NCBI GenBank assembly: GCA_016839815.1
Contig: JAEOTM010000041.1
Location: 1-64,000, forward strand
Direction: 5' to 3'
Source: Candidatus Hodarchaeota archaeon
GTDB taxonomy: Archaea > Asgardarchaeota > Heimdallarchaeia > Hodarchaeales > Hodarchaeaceae
DNA: 64,000 nucleotides
Shown here: positions 1-10,343 of the stretch, piece after piece
Numbering within the stretch: position 1 is the first letter of the stretch
Layout: each line of letters opens with the position of its first letter
The notes under the pieces: model-generated
Databases searched by the model: none
Told to the model about the DNA's origin: nothing
What the model saw: the letters and a program-made list of their open reading frames with translations, nothing else
Translations under genes and position numbers: made by a program

Positions 1-107
1 ATGAAATGACAATGACTCAGAAATGGAAAATTGGAACCACAACTCAAGAATTGCGTGAAAGGCTTGACTCATTTTCCGATGAAGACAAACGGAATATGTT
101 TGAATAG
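1..107 (+). CDS. 3' end of a gene truncated by the window edge (…EMTMTQKWKIGTTTQELRERLDSFSDEDKRNMFE*), product unknown
   Basis: Open frame from position 3 to TAG at 105-107, same strand and just upstream of mre11. Confidence 0.45.
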   Translation, partial: EMTMTQKWKIGTTTQELRERLDSFSDEDKRNMFE

Positions 108-130
108 TTTCTCATTGAAATAACCATCTT

Positions 131-1363
131 GTGATCAGAATGGCAAAAATTATTATTGTAGGAGACGTTCATATTGGAAAACGATTCACTTACCGTGTAA
201 ATCTGAAAACAGGACTGAGTGATAGAACTATAGACTTTATTGATGCACTTGCACGAATTGTGAACTATGCAATTAAAAATCAAGCAGATATTATTGTTAT
301 TGCTGGAGATCTATTCGATCGAGTAACTGTTGGTCCTACCCTGCTTAAACAAGTTAGAGAAAAAATTTGGAAACCACTCATAAAATCAAAGATTCCTATT
401 GTGTGTATCGGAGGTAACCACGACTCACCCCAAATATTGGAAAAAGGTTCTCCCCTAGGAGAAATTTCTCTTATTCCAAATAGTATTGTAGCAAGAACTC
501 CAAAGAGCGTTACAATCCAAGCGTTGAATTCAAGAGAAGAAATTGGTTTTGTTCTTCTCCCCTATCTTACTGCTTCCCAAATTGTCAAGTTTGTGGAGAA
601 ACGACTTGACAAAACCATCGAGAAAGAACGACAGATGGTATTAAGTCAGGAATACCTTAAATACTATATCGAAAAAGAAGTTGAGCAGCTTCCGACGAAA
701 AGTAAGATAATTGTTGGTCATTATTTCTTCCAAGGATCTAAAATTAATATTGTACCGTATCCAGATCTTTTACCCCATGAATTTAAAATTAAGAAGGATA
801 TGCTTCCACTGGATGCAATTGATTTGGGAATTTTTGGCCATGTTCATACTACTCAAACCCTACACTCTGGAAAAGTGATAATACCTGGATCGATAGAACG
901 AGTGGATTTTGGTGAGACAAGCGAGGACAAAGGATTCTATGTATTTGATACAAACTCTAAGAAACTGGAGTTCATTTCAAATGATCCTCGTACATTGATA
1001 AAACAAAACATTGATGTTCCACAAGTCGAAGATCCAACTTCTTATATTATCAGTAAGTTACCAAACCAAACCGAGGAAGCTATCGTCCGACTTATTATTC
1101 GAATATCCCCTGAACTAAAAAACAAGGTACGAATACCTCGTATTCATCAAGCTCTGAACAAAGCATTCTATTTTGAGTTGTTCTGGGATACTTCGTTAGT
1201 TCAACGAGAAGTGGTGCTTAAAGATTTTATTCTAGATCCGTTAGTCCTTTTTAATGATTTTGTTACAAAAAAGTATACTAAAGATCCTAATTTGGAACAA
1301 CTACGTAAGACAGGTTTAGAAATTCTTGATAACGCCCTGGCTGAGGTGGAGGAAAAACAATGA
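131..1363 (+). CDS. mre11: Mre11/SbcD DNA double-strand-break repair nuclease (likely start ATG 140)
   Basis: Metallophosphoesterase motifs GDVH, GDLFD, GGNHD, VGH, FGHVH, GSIERVDFGE; ATGA overlap with the Rad50 gene. Confidence 0.92.
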   Translation: MIRMAKIIIVGDVHIGKRFTYRVNLKTGLSDRTIDFIDALARIVNYAIKNQADIIVIAGDLFDRVTVGPTLLKQVREKIWKPLIKSKIPIVCIGGNHDSPQILEKGSPLGEISLIPNSIVARTPKSVTIQALNSREEIGFVLLPYLTASQIVKFVEKRLDKTIEKERQMVLSQEYLKYYIEKEVEQLPTKSKIIVGHYFFQGSKINIVPYPDLLPHEFKIKKDMLPLDAIDLGIFGHVHTTQTLHSGKVIIPGSIERVDFGETSEDKGFYVFDTNSKKLEFISNDPRTLIKQNIDVPQVEDPTSYIISKLPNQTEEAIVRLIIRISPELKNKVRIPRIHQALNKAFYFELFWDTSLVQREVVLKDFILDPLVLFNDFVTKKYTKDPNLEQLRKTGLEILDNALAEVEEKQ

Positions 1364-3732
1364 ATGTACTAGCTAAGAGCTCTTTTGGAGGAGGATTCGA
1401 TCTTTTAAGCATTGAGATCTTTCGCTTCATGAATTATCGGGGCATTCCAGTAAAATTTTCTTTTAAAGCTCCGAATATCGTCATTTCAGGGCCAACAGGC
1501 TCTGGAAAAACGACAATTTTAGATGCACTTACATTTACCTTGTTTGGAAGAAGTTCCAGATTAGATCTAACTATCGTAAAGACAGAAGATATTTGTGGAA
1601 AAAATGGAAGGGTAATATGTGAATTTGAGATAGGCAGAAATCACTACAAAATTATTCGTGGAAGAGACAGCAAGGGGAAAAGTTTTCTAGAATTATTTAT
1701 CAATAAAGAGAGAATCAATGGTAAAATTCCTGAATTAAATGAAAAGATTCGTTCAACTATTCTTGGGATGAATTATTCCGCATTTGTCAATTCAACAATA
1801 ATTCGACAAGATGAAATGAAATCTTTAGGATCTAAATCATCAACAGAACGATTGAAAACCCTACAAAACTTATTTAGATTGGATATCTTTCATAAAGCAA
1901 TACAAGATGCTCAAGAACAACTTTCAATAATTAATGGCTTCAAAAATAAGGTTGAGGGAGAACTAGAGGTAAAAAAACAGAATTTTTTATCCAAAACGAA
2001 ATTGGAAAAAGAAGTTAAAGAATTAGAGACCCACCTTAAGAGCTTACGAATTAAAGAGAAAAAATTGAAACACGAAATTGCTGAAAAAGAACAAGACATG
2101 AATAAAAAGCAGGACTTGCATGAAAAATTTCAGATTATATTAGATAAACAGAAAACAGCAAAAAATCAACTCACGAACCTTGAAAATACAAAGCGAATTT
2201 CAGAAGAAGAACTAAAAACCTATAATAAGTTAAAAATTGAACTTAAAGATCTTGAAAAACAATCCGAAAAAGCTTGTGATCATGATGAGGAAATAAGGAC
2301 GCTTGAAGGTAAGAAAAAAGAGTATAATCTCCTTCAAAATAGTATAACAAAATCTATAAGTAGACAAAAAAGGGAGGAATCTAGGATTGAAAGAGATTTA
2401 GAGAATAAGAGAGTATTAAAAAAGGAAACAACCAATCGAATCTCTAATCTTACAACAGATATCGACCATCATAAAGCTTTTCAGATCCTACAACAGGAGG
2501 GACGCTTGGGTGAACGAATACAGAGAATATCCCTTGAAAAATCATGGAAATTACCCGAGAAATTGATTCAGGAATTAGAAGATGAACAAGAGACCGCTAG
2601 AAATGATCTAAAAGAATTAATCACTGAAAAAACAAAGATCAATATTGATTCATTCCGATTATCTGAAATTCAAGAGAAAGAAGAGCAATTAATTACTGAA
2701 ATTGAACAATTAAGTAAAACACTGAATGAACTCAAGAACTTATCAGCTAAAGAAATCCAAGAAGAGAAAACTAAACTGAAGAATATCGAATTTTCACCAG
2801 ATGTTCAAGAACATCTTAATATCTTAAAAAAATCTCAAAATGCGAATGAAAAGATAAAAAATGACTTCAAAAACGCTAAAAAGTCATTTGAATCTAAGAT
2901 AGATCCTACTAGTAAAATCAATACAATTGTAAGACAAATTAAAGCAGTCACTAAAGAATTAGAGAAATTTTCGTTGGATCTGAAGAATAATGAGCAGTTC
3001 CAAAAAGAATATGAATTCACAAAAACTGATCTCAAGAGCAATAAAGATAATGCAGAGCAACTACAGATCCGATGTGTTCGAATTGATCAGGATATAAAAA
3101 ATCTGAAATCAAATATTGAAGATCTACAAAAACTAGAACCAGAAATAAAAGAACTTGAAAAAAAGTTGAATTCATATACACAGAAAGAAAATATCTTAAC
3201 CAAACTCAAAAATGAAGTGTTTCACACGCGGGGTGCTCCTTATTACGCGATTAACAAGATTCTTCCATATTTAGGAAAACGTGCTTCATTAATTTTATCA
3301 GATCTGACGAACCGAAGATTGACAAGCGTTCAATTAGAAAGAATTGATAAAGGAAGAAAAGGTTTCGGATTTAACATCAATATCCAGACACCACAAGGAG
3401 CTCGTGATATCGCAACCTTCTCTGGAGGAGAACGGACGCAAATCAATGCTGCTCTTCGATTAGCCATAAGTGAAGGGTTGTCTGCATTTGGTAGAGATGT
3501 CGATTCAAATACAAAAAAGACGTTATTCATTGATGAAGGCGATCTTGGATCCCTTGATACAACAGAAGCTCAACAGGCTTTTGTCAAGAAATTGTTCGAA
3601 CTAAGTAGTAGGTTCAAAATAATCTTGATTACACACATCACAGAAATTGCTGATCAATTTCCACATTCAATCCAGATAACAAGAGACGTTTCTGGAAGAT
3701 CAACGAAAAGTTCTGCGAGTGATTCTCTGTGA
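1360..3732 (+). CDS. rad50: Rad50/SbcC SMC-like ATPase, no CXXC zinc hook
   Basis: Walker A GPTGSGKT, Q-loop IIRQDE, long coiled coil, signature FSGGE, Walker B/D-loop LFIDEGDLGSLD, H-loop ILITH. Confidence 0.92.
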   Translation: MNVLAKSSFGGGFDLLSIEIFRFMNYRGIPVKFSFKAPNIVISGPTGSGKTTILDALTFTLFGRSSRLDLTIVKTEDICGKNGRVICEFEIGRNHYKIIRGRDSKGKSFLELFINKERINGKIPELNEKIRSTILGMNYSAFVNSTIIRQDEMKSLGSKSSTERLKTLQNLFRLDIFHKAIQDAQEQLSIINGFKNKVEGELEVKKQNFLSKTKLEKEVKELETHLKSLRIKEKKLKHEIAEKEQDMNKKQDLHEKFQIILDKQKTAKNQLTNLENTKRISEEELKTYNKLKIELKDLEKQSEKACDHDEEIRTLEGKKKEYNLLQNSITKSISRQKREESRIERDLENKRVLKKETTNRISNLTTDIDHHKAFQILQQEGRLGERIQRISLEKSWKLPEKLIQELEDEQETARNDLKELITEKTKINIDSFRLSEIQEKEEQLITEIEQLSKTLNELKNLSAKEIQEEKTKLKNIEFSPDVQEHLNILKKSQNANEKIKNDFKNAKKSFESKIDPTSKINTIVRQIKAVTKELEKFSLDLKNNEQFQKEYEFTKTDLKSNKDNAEQLQIRCVRIDQDIKNLKSNIEDLQKLEPEIKELEKKLNSYTQKENILTKLKNEVFHTRGAPYYAINKILPYLGKRASLILSDLTNRRLTSVQLERIDKGRKGFGFNINIQTPQGARDIATFSGGERTQINAALRLAISEGLSAFGRDVDSNTKKTLFIDEGDLGSLDTTEAQQAFVKKLFELSSRFKIILITHITEIADQFPHSIQITRDVSGRSTKSSASDSL

Positions 3733-5996
3733 TTAGCGAATTTATAGAGCAAATCAAATCCAAATCTACATATAAGAATCAAATCATTTTTCAAAAGACG
3801 ATTCCAGCCAAAAATCCTCAATTTGGCTCCCTAAGCTTTGAAATAGCTCCAGAACTAGAGAAATGGCTTAGTGATAACGGATGGAAGCTTTACACTCATC
3901 AGGCTGAAGCACTGAATGAAATCCATACTGGGAAGAATATCGTCGTAACCACTCCAACAGCTTCTGGAAAAACGTTAATCTTTTCTTTAGCGGTAGCGCA
4001 AGCCATTACTAAGAGAATAAATACAACTGCGCTGTTTTTGTATCCTATGAAAGCTCTTGCTAATGATCAACTAAAAAAAATGGAAGATTTGAATGCGGTT
4101 TTAGATGGTAAACTTCGACCATTTATTTATGATGGTGATACTCCTTCTGAGAGACGGCCAGCGATTCGTAATACAGCAAAAGTGATTATTTCAAATCCCT
4201 ACGCTTTTCATCGCTATTTAGATTGGCATTCAAAATGGGAACGGTTCTTTCGTAATTTGCGTTTTATTGTTATAGATGAAGCTCATACATATAGAGGAGT
4301 GTTTGGATCCAATGTGGCTCAACTAATTCGGAGATTGCAACGAATTTGTGAATTTTATCGATCTCAACCGCAATATATTCTCTCCTCAGCTACAATTAAC
4401 AATCCACAAGACTTTACCGAACGATTAATTGGTAACTCTGTTCATATCATTACGAATGATGGCTCCCAACAAGGATCAAAAGAATTGGTTATCTGGAATC
4501 CTCCTTATATAGATCAATTTCAATTAAGACGTAGATCTCCACATCAAGAAACCCGGGATTTATTTCTTAGCCACTTAAAGGAGCATTATCAAACATTATG
4601 CTTCACTTTATCCAGAAAAATGTCTGAAATTATAGCCGTATGGGCTCGACAGGATTTAGAACAACAAGGTTTAGACCCTGAACAAGTTATGACGTATCGT
4701 GCTGGTTATCGTCCTTTAGAACGAAGACGAATTGAAAGCCAATTACGAAATAGGGAAATAACAGCTGTTGTAAGTACTAATGCTCTTGAAGTAGGAATTG
4801 ATATTGGTAATCTTGATGCTGTAATTCTGAGTGGTTTTCCTGGAACGATAATTTCAACTTGGCAACAAATCGGTAGGGTTGGGAGGACAATGCGTTCTTC
4901 TTTAGCATCACTAATTCTGTTTGAAGACGCCTATCAACAATTTTTAGGTCGTCATCCCGAATACTTCTTGGAAAAAACACCAGAGAATGCTATAATTGAT
5001 TTAACCAATAAATACATTGTTAAAGGACATATTTTATGTGCAGCAGCAGAATTACCAATAAAGAAAGCCGAAATCAGTAAGATATGGGGAGCTAATGGAC
5101 TTAAAGCAGTGAAAGAATTATTAAAAAGTGAACTTGTCAAATTAGTTCCAGCAGGGATAGTTCCAAAGACAATAAAGCATCCCTCCCAACAAGTAAGTCT
5201 TAATTCAGCATTTTCGGATTCAATAGATATTATTGTTGGAGAGAAATTATTAGAGACAATGACAACAGCCCAAGCATATCGTGAAGCTCATGAAGGAGCA
5301 ATTTTATTTCATCAAGGGGAGAAATATCTTGTAGAATCTATTGATTGGGAGAAGGGGAAAGCTGTTGCATCCCATCATCGAGTGGATTTTTACACAGAAG
5401 CAATTTCCACAAGTGATGTCGAAATCATTTCACAAGAGAAAGAGAGAAATCTAGGATACCCTTTGACCTTCGGAGAAGTCAAAGTCACTGAATATTACTT
5501 TGCTTATCGCAAAATGACTTATGATGAGGTCATAGATATCATTCCCCTAGATCTACCCCCACTTGAGTTTAATACAAGGGCTGTGTGGCTTCAAATTCCC
5601 TCAACGATCGTAGAATCAATTAAATCAGAAAAAAGAGATTTTGCAGGAGGGATCCATGCATTAGAACATGCAACTATTGCATTATCTCCTCTATTTGCTC
5701 TTTGTGATCGTTGGGATATAGGAGGAACATCTTATCCTAGTTTCCCTGCAGATGGCACCTCCAAAGTATTTATTTATGATGCATTTCCAGGGGGGATTGG
5801 GATTGCAGAGAGATTATTTGAAAAGTGGGAGGATCTTTTAGTAAATGTCATTCAGCTGATACAAGAATGTCCCTGTAATGAAGGATGTCCTTCTTGCATT
5901 CAATCGCCTAAATGTGGTAATGAAAATTCTCCATTAAGTAAAGAAGTTGCTCTCATCATCTTAAAAGGATTAACGGAACTCTCAAACAAGTGTTGA
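3729..5996 (+). CDS. DEAH-box helicase, MrfA/YprA/SftH/Hrq1 family with C-terminal DUF1998 Zn domain
   Basis: LYTHQ, TPTASGKT, YPMKALANDQ, DEAH, SAT, STNALEVGIDIG, QQIGRVGR, HALEH, YDAFPGGIG, CPCNEGCPSC; GTGA overlap with rad50. Confidence 0.92.
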   Translation: MISEFIEQIKSKSTYKNQIIFQKTIPAKNPQFGSLSFEIAPELEKWLSDNGWKLYTHQAEALNEIHTGKNIVVTTPTASGKTLIFSLAVAQAITKRINTTALFLYPMKALANDQLKKMEDLNAVLDGKLRPFIYDGDTPSERRPAIRNTAKVIISNPYAFHRYLDWHSKWERFFRNLRFIVIDEAHTYRGVFGSNVAQLIRRLQRICEFYRSQPQYILSSATINNPQDFTERLIGNSVHIITNDGSQQGSKELVIWNPPYIDQFQLRRRSPHQETRDLFLSHLKEHYQTLCFTLSRKMSEIIAVWARQDLEQQGLDPEQVMTYRAGYRPLERRRIESQLRNREITAVVSTNALEVGIDIGNLDAVILSGFPGTIISTWQQIGRVGRTMRSSLASLILFEDAYQQFLGRHPEYFLEKTPENAIIDLTNKYIVKGHILCAAAELPIKKAEISKIWGANGLKAVKELLKSELVKLVPAGIVPKTIKHPSQQVSLNSAFSDSIDIIVGEKLLETMTTAQAYREAHEGAILFHQGEKYLVESIDWEKGKAVASHHRVDFYTEAISTSDVEIISQEKERNLGYPLTFGEVKVTEYYFAYRKMTYDEVIDIIPLDLPPLEFNTRAVWLQIPSTIVESIKSEKRDFAGGIHALEHATIALSPLFALCDRWDIGGTSYPSFPADGTSKVFIYDAFPGGIGIAERLFEKWEDLLVNVIQLIQECPCNEGCPSCIQSPKCGNENSPLSKEVALIILKGLTELSNKC

Positions 5997-6023
5997 TTCT
6001 TTTTTGAGGAATAATTGATCTCC

Positions 6024-9000
6024 TCATTCTCTAAAATCACTGATTCCACCACAGTTACTACAAAACTTTGCTTCTATTGGTATTGGGGTTCCACATTGAA
6101 TACAATATTTAGCTGCAGGAACTTGTGGTGGGGGAGCAAAATCTTGTGATTTTTCTATTCGATAGGAATACCGGTCATATCTCTTCCGTTCATTTCGTTT
6201 AATCAAATAAATAATTAATACCGTTATGGCAAAGGCAAAAACAACGGCAATAATCACAATGGGAATATCAAAAAGACTATCAGTCGTTATCTGAAAAAAG
6301 ATAGCTTCTAGAATTGAATTTCCTTGTGCATCTCGAACAAAGAACAGAAGAATGAAATATTCTCCCTCAATCTTCACTTCAAGATCTTCTTCATCAGGCA
6401 GAGGTATTGGTTGATCTGGAATGGTAAAAATACCTGTGTGAATATGACTATTGGAGGGAGAAGGTGGAAGAACATATGTGTCAAGTACAACACGATCAGC
6501 TGCGAACAGGTAGTAATGAAGGAGCTGATAATATACTTCAAAGGTATCTGATTCTTCATCAAGAATTGAGAGATTTATGTCGATTTCTTCACCAGGACTC
6601 CAGTTAGGAATGTCTTGAAAAGTTAAAATATCCCTATGTTCATTGAGTGATAGATCCCCAATTAGACTCTGCTCAGTATTAAAGACAGGCTCTGTATCAG
6701 GTACAAAAAATGTATCACGAGTAAAATTCAGTAAGAAAGAACTTTGGTCATTTTCCCACCACACCTGAACTTCATAAGCGTAGTAGCCAGTCAATAAAGA
6801 TTCAGGACTCATCCATAAGATTGATTTTTTTTCTGTTGAAACGTCGTTGAGGTTTATTTCCCATACATAGCTCATCACGTAATAGTCAGAAGTTAAGGGA
6901 GGAAGGATTTTATCAAGGGATTTCTGATATTGACTCGAAATGATTACTTGAGCTGTTATATTAGCTGCAAGACTATGATCTACTGTTATATTCAATCCCT
7001 CTTTGACCAACAAATTTGACTCATCCCACCAAGAAGGCTTCTCAATTTCGAATTCTGAAAGTGATTTTACAAGAATGTCCTCAATGATCGGAGTTCCAAT
7101 AGTTGGAAGTTGTACATCAAAAGTAGTGTTTAAATTATCTATAATTTCTCCAACAATATTAATCACTAATTTAGAACCCTCTAAATCAAATAAATCATAT
7201 TTAAGGTATGCAAAAGTGAGTGTAGTATTATAGGGGATAGGGATATCGTGAATTTTTGTACCATTGATCAATTCCAATGAAAGGAAGAAATTTTGGAGAG
7301 AATCTGGATAAATTGCTATCTCTAAAGTAGATGAATATGGATCGTACTGTACATTGATTGGTGGTTGATCGGAGGATAACCAATCAAGAATATTGGTCAC
7401 AAAGGTTTTTCCTGATGAACTCTGCAAGTAAGAGGGTGATAACCACTCTTCGCTTCCCAAGAGTAATACTTTGCCCTTATTTTCCTTTTCCAATCCTGCT
7501 ACTACTAGATAATAATCGTTAAGTTGGGCATAATGTGTTAACGATGGATCAGTCAGATTTCCATAAAATGCGGTACCTCCCAATCTTGGCAGATCTTCGA
7601 CTCCATTGAGGAAAGGATTACTGCTACTTATACTGAGACTTTCCTTTGAACGAGTAAAGGTAACAGGTGTTCGTTCGCGACCATTATCTACATAATTTAC
7701 GAGTTCTATCTTGTTAGAAAAATCGATGGGCAGATTCAAAGTATCAACAATTCTTTCATACGGATCAAGATTGAAATATGGAACAAACGAGGTAACCAAA
7801 AGTATAGATCCTCCATTTTCATGAAAGGACTTTATATTTTCAATTTCACGTGAAGATAAGGGCTTTTCAAGATCCGTCAGTACAAGTATTCCATTTTGCG
7901 AGAGATTTGTTTCCAAAATAGGAGAATTATAATCTATGATGTCATAACGATAATCAGGACCTTGTATAAATTGATTTAACTCATGGTAGTTAATAAAATA
8001 TGAATCATCGACGTTTGTATGATATGAATCCCAATAGATCTTTTCATTTGGTAATTTGACATCGAAGGAAATTGGGAGGAAAAAGTCTTGATCTCCAAAA
8101 GAATAACTCACATTCCCCCGATAGGGGCCTGGAGAAGTATTGTATGGAATATCAACAGAGAGGACTTTCTCAAAGTATGTTGGAGAAGAAAAAGTATTTG
8201 GGGTAAGGTTAAATGTCACAAAAGGAATGAGATTATCACTAATTTCCCAAGTAACGCTCCCTGAAGAACCAGTGACAAAGGGTAGACTGATTTCGGTATG
8301 ATCCCCCGGAAAACTAACGGGTTGAAAAAAATCAATATCATTCGTCCTTGGAATGGTGGAGATTATCCCATATTCCGAACTAAAATGGGATGTTTCAAGT
8401 AATTCAGAAGCTAAGCCGACATTTACTAATCCACTTCCTTGTGAGTAGAGTGATTCATTTTCTCCTAAGCTTTGAGCCGACTCCTGTAAAGCTGCACGTA
8501 AAGCATAAGGTGAAGCATCAGGAAATTGATCTAAAAGCAATGCAATAGCTCCACTTACAACTGGGGCAGCCATTGACGTACCGGAAAGGATTATGTAATC
8601 AGAAATCGAAACATCAACTAAAGCATTATATGCAAGATCAATCACTCCTCCAGAGGCAAGTGGACCAATAATTTGATATCCTGGTGCCACAATATCAGGA
8701 TCGGGACGAAAATCATATGTCGGACCCTGACTCGAGAAGTGAATCACATGTTGACTTCCATTAGTTGCCCCAACTGAAATGACTTGTTTTGCTGAGGCTG
8801 GCGTATTGATTGTCATAAACGGTATAGATGCGTCTGCTTCATTTCCTGCTGCTGCTACTACTGGAATACCCTGTTCAACCACCTTATTTACTGCATGAGC
8901 CAAAATATCTTCTGATCCCCACGGATCTGAAAGGCCAAACCCTAACGAGATTGATACGACATCAACATTCTGTTCAACTGCTCTATCTAAAGCTGCAATT

Positions 9001-9779
9001 ACGGCTGCAACCGAAGCACTGCCAAACATATCAGCAACTTTCAGATTTACTAATTCCGCACCTGTAGCTACTCCAGGGAACGGACCTCCTCCAGCAGCAA
9101 TTCCTGCAACATGAGTTCCATGTCCATGAAGATCTAAAGTTCCTTCTTCCGAAGGATATCCATAATCCTGGGATATAAAAGACTCTTGATATCCGATATT
9201 AGTGAAATCGGGATGAGTAGTATCTAATCCAGAATCCAAAATAGCAATACTCACTCCTGACCCATCATGTCCTGAACTTACCACTGTACTTGCATTGATA
9301 GTAGTTCTAGGTAGTTCGTAAGCTTGTTGTGTATGTTTAAAATTTTTCAGGATCAAGTCATCAGGTGAAGGTAAAACACTCCTAAGCTCCGAGGTCTGCA
9401 AGCGAGAGGAGATATAGTTAAAAGTCGTTTTTAATTTAGAAAGCTCAGTATCTGTAATTGAAACCATTCCTACATGCACATTCTCGAAAAATTTGAAACT
9501 CGAGTAAGTGTTTTGCTTAAAGAACTGTTCTAGTGATTTTTTTTCTGTAGATTGATATTGAAATAAGTATAGATTTCGAATTTCTGTTTCTACTGGTTTA
9601 TTGATATAGAGATCCTCTGATCTATCAAAGGTGTAACCATTTATTAACACTACTGGACTTGGAATGCTTATTAAGAAAATTAAAAATAGTTTTATAATAT
9701 CTAATGAAATATTATGCCTTATGAATGTCAATGGAATACCTCGTAACATTTTTGTAGCTTTAATGGCCACTAGTTTCAT
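6024..9779 (-). CDS. Membrane-anchored S8 subtilase, Site-1-protease-like, with C-terminal TM helix and double zinc ribbon
   Basis: Triad motifs ILDSG, HGHGTHVAG, SGTSMAAP; oxyanion AAGN; N-terminal hydrophobic segment; TM IPIVIIAVVFAFAITVLIIYLI; CIQC…CSNC. Confidence 0.9.
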   Translation of the reverse strand: MKLVAIKATKMLRGIPLTFIRHNISLDIIKLFLIFLISIPSPVVLINGYTFDRSEDLYINKPVETEIRNLYLFQYQSTEKKSLEQFFKQNTYSSFKFFENVHVGMVSITDTELSKLKTTFNYISSRLQTSELRSVLPSPDDLILKNFKHTQQAYELPRTTINASTVVSSGHDGSGVSIAILDSGLDTTHPDFTNIGYQESFISQDYGYPSEEGTLDLHGHGTHVAGIAAGGGPFPGVATGAELVNLKVADMFGSASVAAVIAALDRAVEQNVDVVSISLGFGLSDPWGSEDILAHAVNKVVEQGIPVVAAAGNEADASIPFMTINTPASAKQVISVGATNGSQHVIHFSSQGPTYDFRPDPDIVAPGYQIIGPLASGGVIDLAYNALVDVSISDYIILSGTSMAAPVVSGAIALLLDQFPDASPYALRAALQESAQSLGENESLYSQGSGLVNVGLASELLETSHFSSEYGIISTIPRTNDIDFFQPVSFPGDHTEISLPFVTGSSGSVTWEISDNLIPFVTFNLTPNTFSSPTYFEKVLSVDIPYNTSPGPYRGNVSYSFGDQDFFLPISFDVKLPNEKIYWDSYHTNVDDSYFINYHELNQFIQGPDYRYDIIDYNSPILETNLSQNGILVLTDLEKPLSSREIENIKSFHENGGSILLVTSFVPYFNLDPYERIVDTLNLPIDFSNKIELVNYVDNGRERTPVTFTRSKESLSISSSNPFLNGVEDLPRLGGTAFYGNLTDPSLTHYAQLNDYYLVVAGLEKENKGKVLLLGSEEWLSPSYLQSSSGKTFVTNILDWLSSDQPPINVQYDPYSSTLEIAIYPDSLQNFFLSLELINGTKIHDIPIPYNTTLTFAYLKYDLFDLEGSKLVINIVGEIIDNLNTTFDVQLPTIGTPIIEDILVKSLSEFEIEKPSWWDESNLLVKEGLNITVDHSLAANITAQVIISSQYQKSLDKILPPLTSDYYVMSYVWEINLNDVSTEKKSILWMSPESLLTGYYAYEVQVWWENDQSSFLLNFTRDTFFVPDTEPVFNTEQSLIGDLSLNEHRDILTFQDIPNWSPGEEIDINLSILDEESDTFEVYYQLLHYYLFAADRVVLDTYVLPPSPSNSHIHTGIFTIPDQPIPLPDEEDLEVKIEGEYFILLFFVRDAQGNSILEAIFFQITTDSLFDIPIVIIAVVFAFAITVLIIYLIKRNERKRYDRYSYRIEKSQDFAPPPQVPAAKYCIQCGTPIPIEAKFCSNCGGISDFRE

Positions 9780-9963
9780 TTATTCATCTATACTTGTCTA
9801 TAGTAAAAGTATGTAAAAACGCTTGCCTCAGAAAATCTAAAGATTAAATAAAAAAATAATCTAATCTGTAGTAATATTCTCAAAACTCAAGAAGATGGGT
9901 GTATTGTTCACAAAAAGAATCGCTTTAGGGATCGAGAAAAAATCGTAGAATGAATCTTTTATT

Positions 9964-10191
9964 TTATCGGACAATATTATCCTTGAATTCTTTCATTCCT
10001 TCTTGGAGCTGTCTTGCAGCATTTTCTTTTCTGCGTTGATATTCTTGATCGATTTGAATTTGCCTTTCCCTCTCTTTTCTTAAGATTTTTAACTGCTGTT
10101 CGATTGAAATATTTGCTTTCTTATTTTCTTGATCCTCTACGGAGCGTTTAAGTCTTTTTACTACTTCTTGAAAGGATTCCGATTCATTCAT
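9964..10191 (-). CDS. Small charged coiled-coil protein
   Basis: 75-aa ATG ORF rich in E/K/Q/R with helical pattern, fills the gap between same-strand genes. Confidence 0.6.
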   Translation of the reverse strand: MNESESFQEVVKRLKRSVEDQENKKANISIEQQLKILRKERERQIQIDQEYQRRKENAARQLQEGMKEFKDNIVR

Positions 10192-10343
10192 CTTTTACCA
10201 ACACCCTACAACAATACCCTCTTGTCATTTTCCTTACTAATCAATAATTTCAACTTCGACCCCCTAATTAGAATTTCATTTCTTAAAAGGATTTTCACCC
10301 TTACAGAAAAGTGTTTGTCTTCATAAGAAAGAAAGTGATAAAT

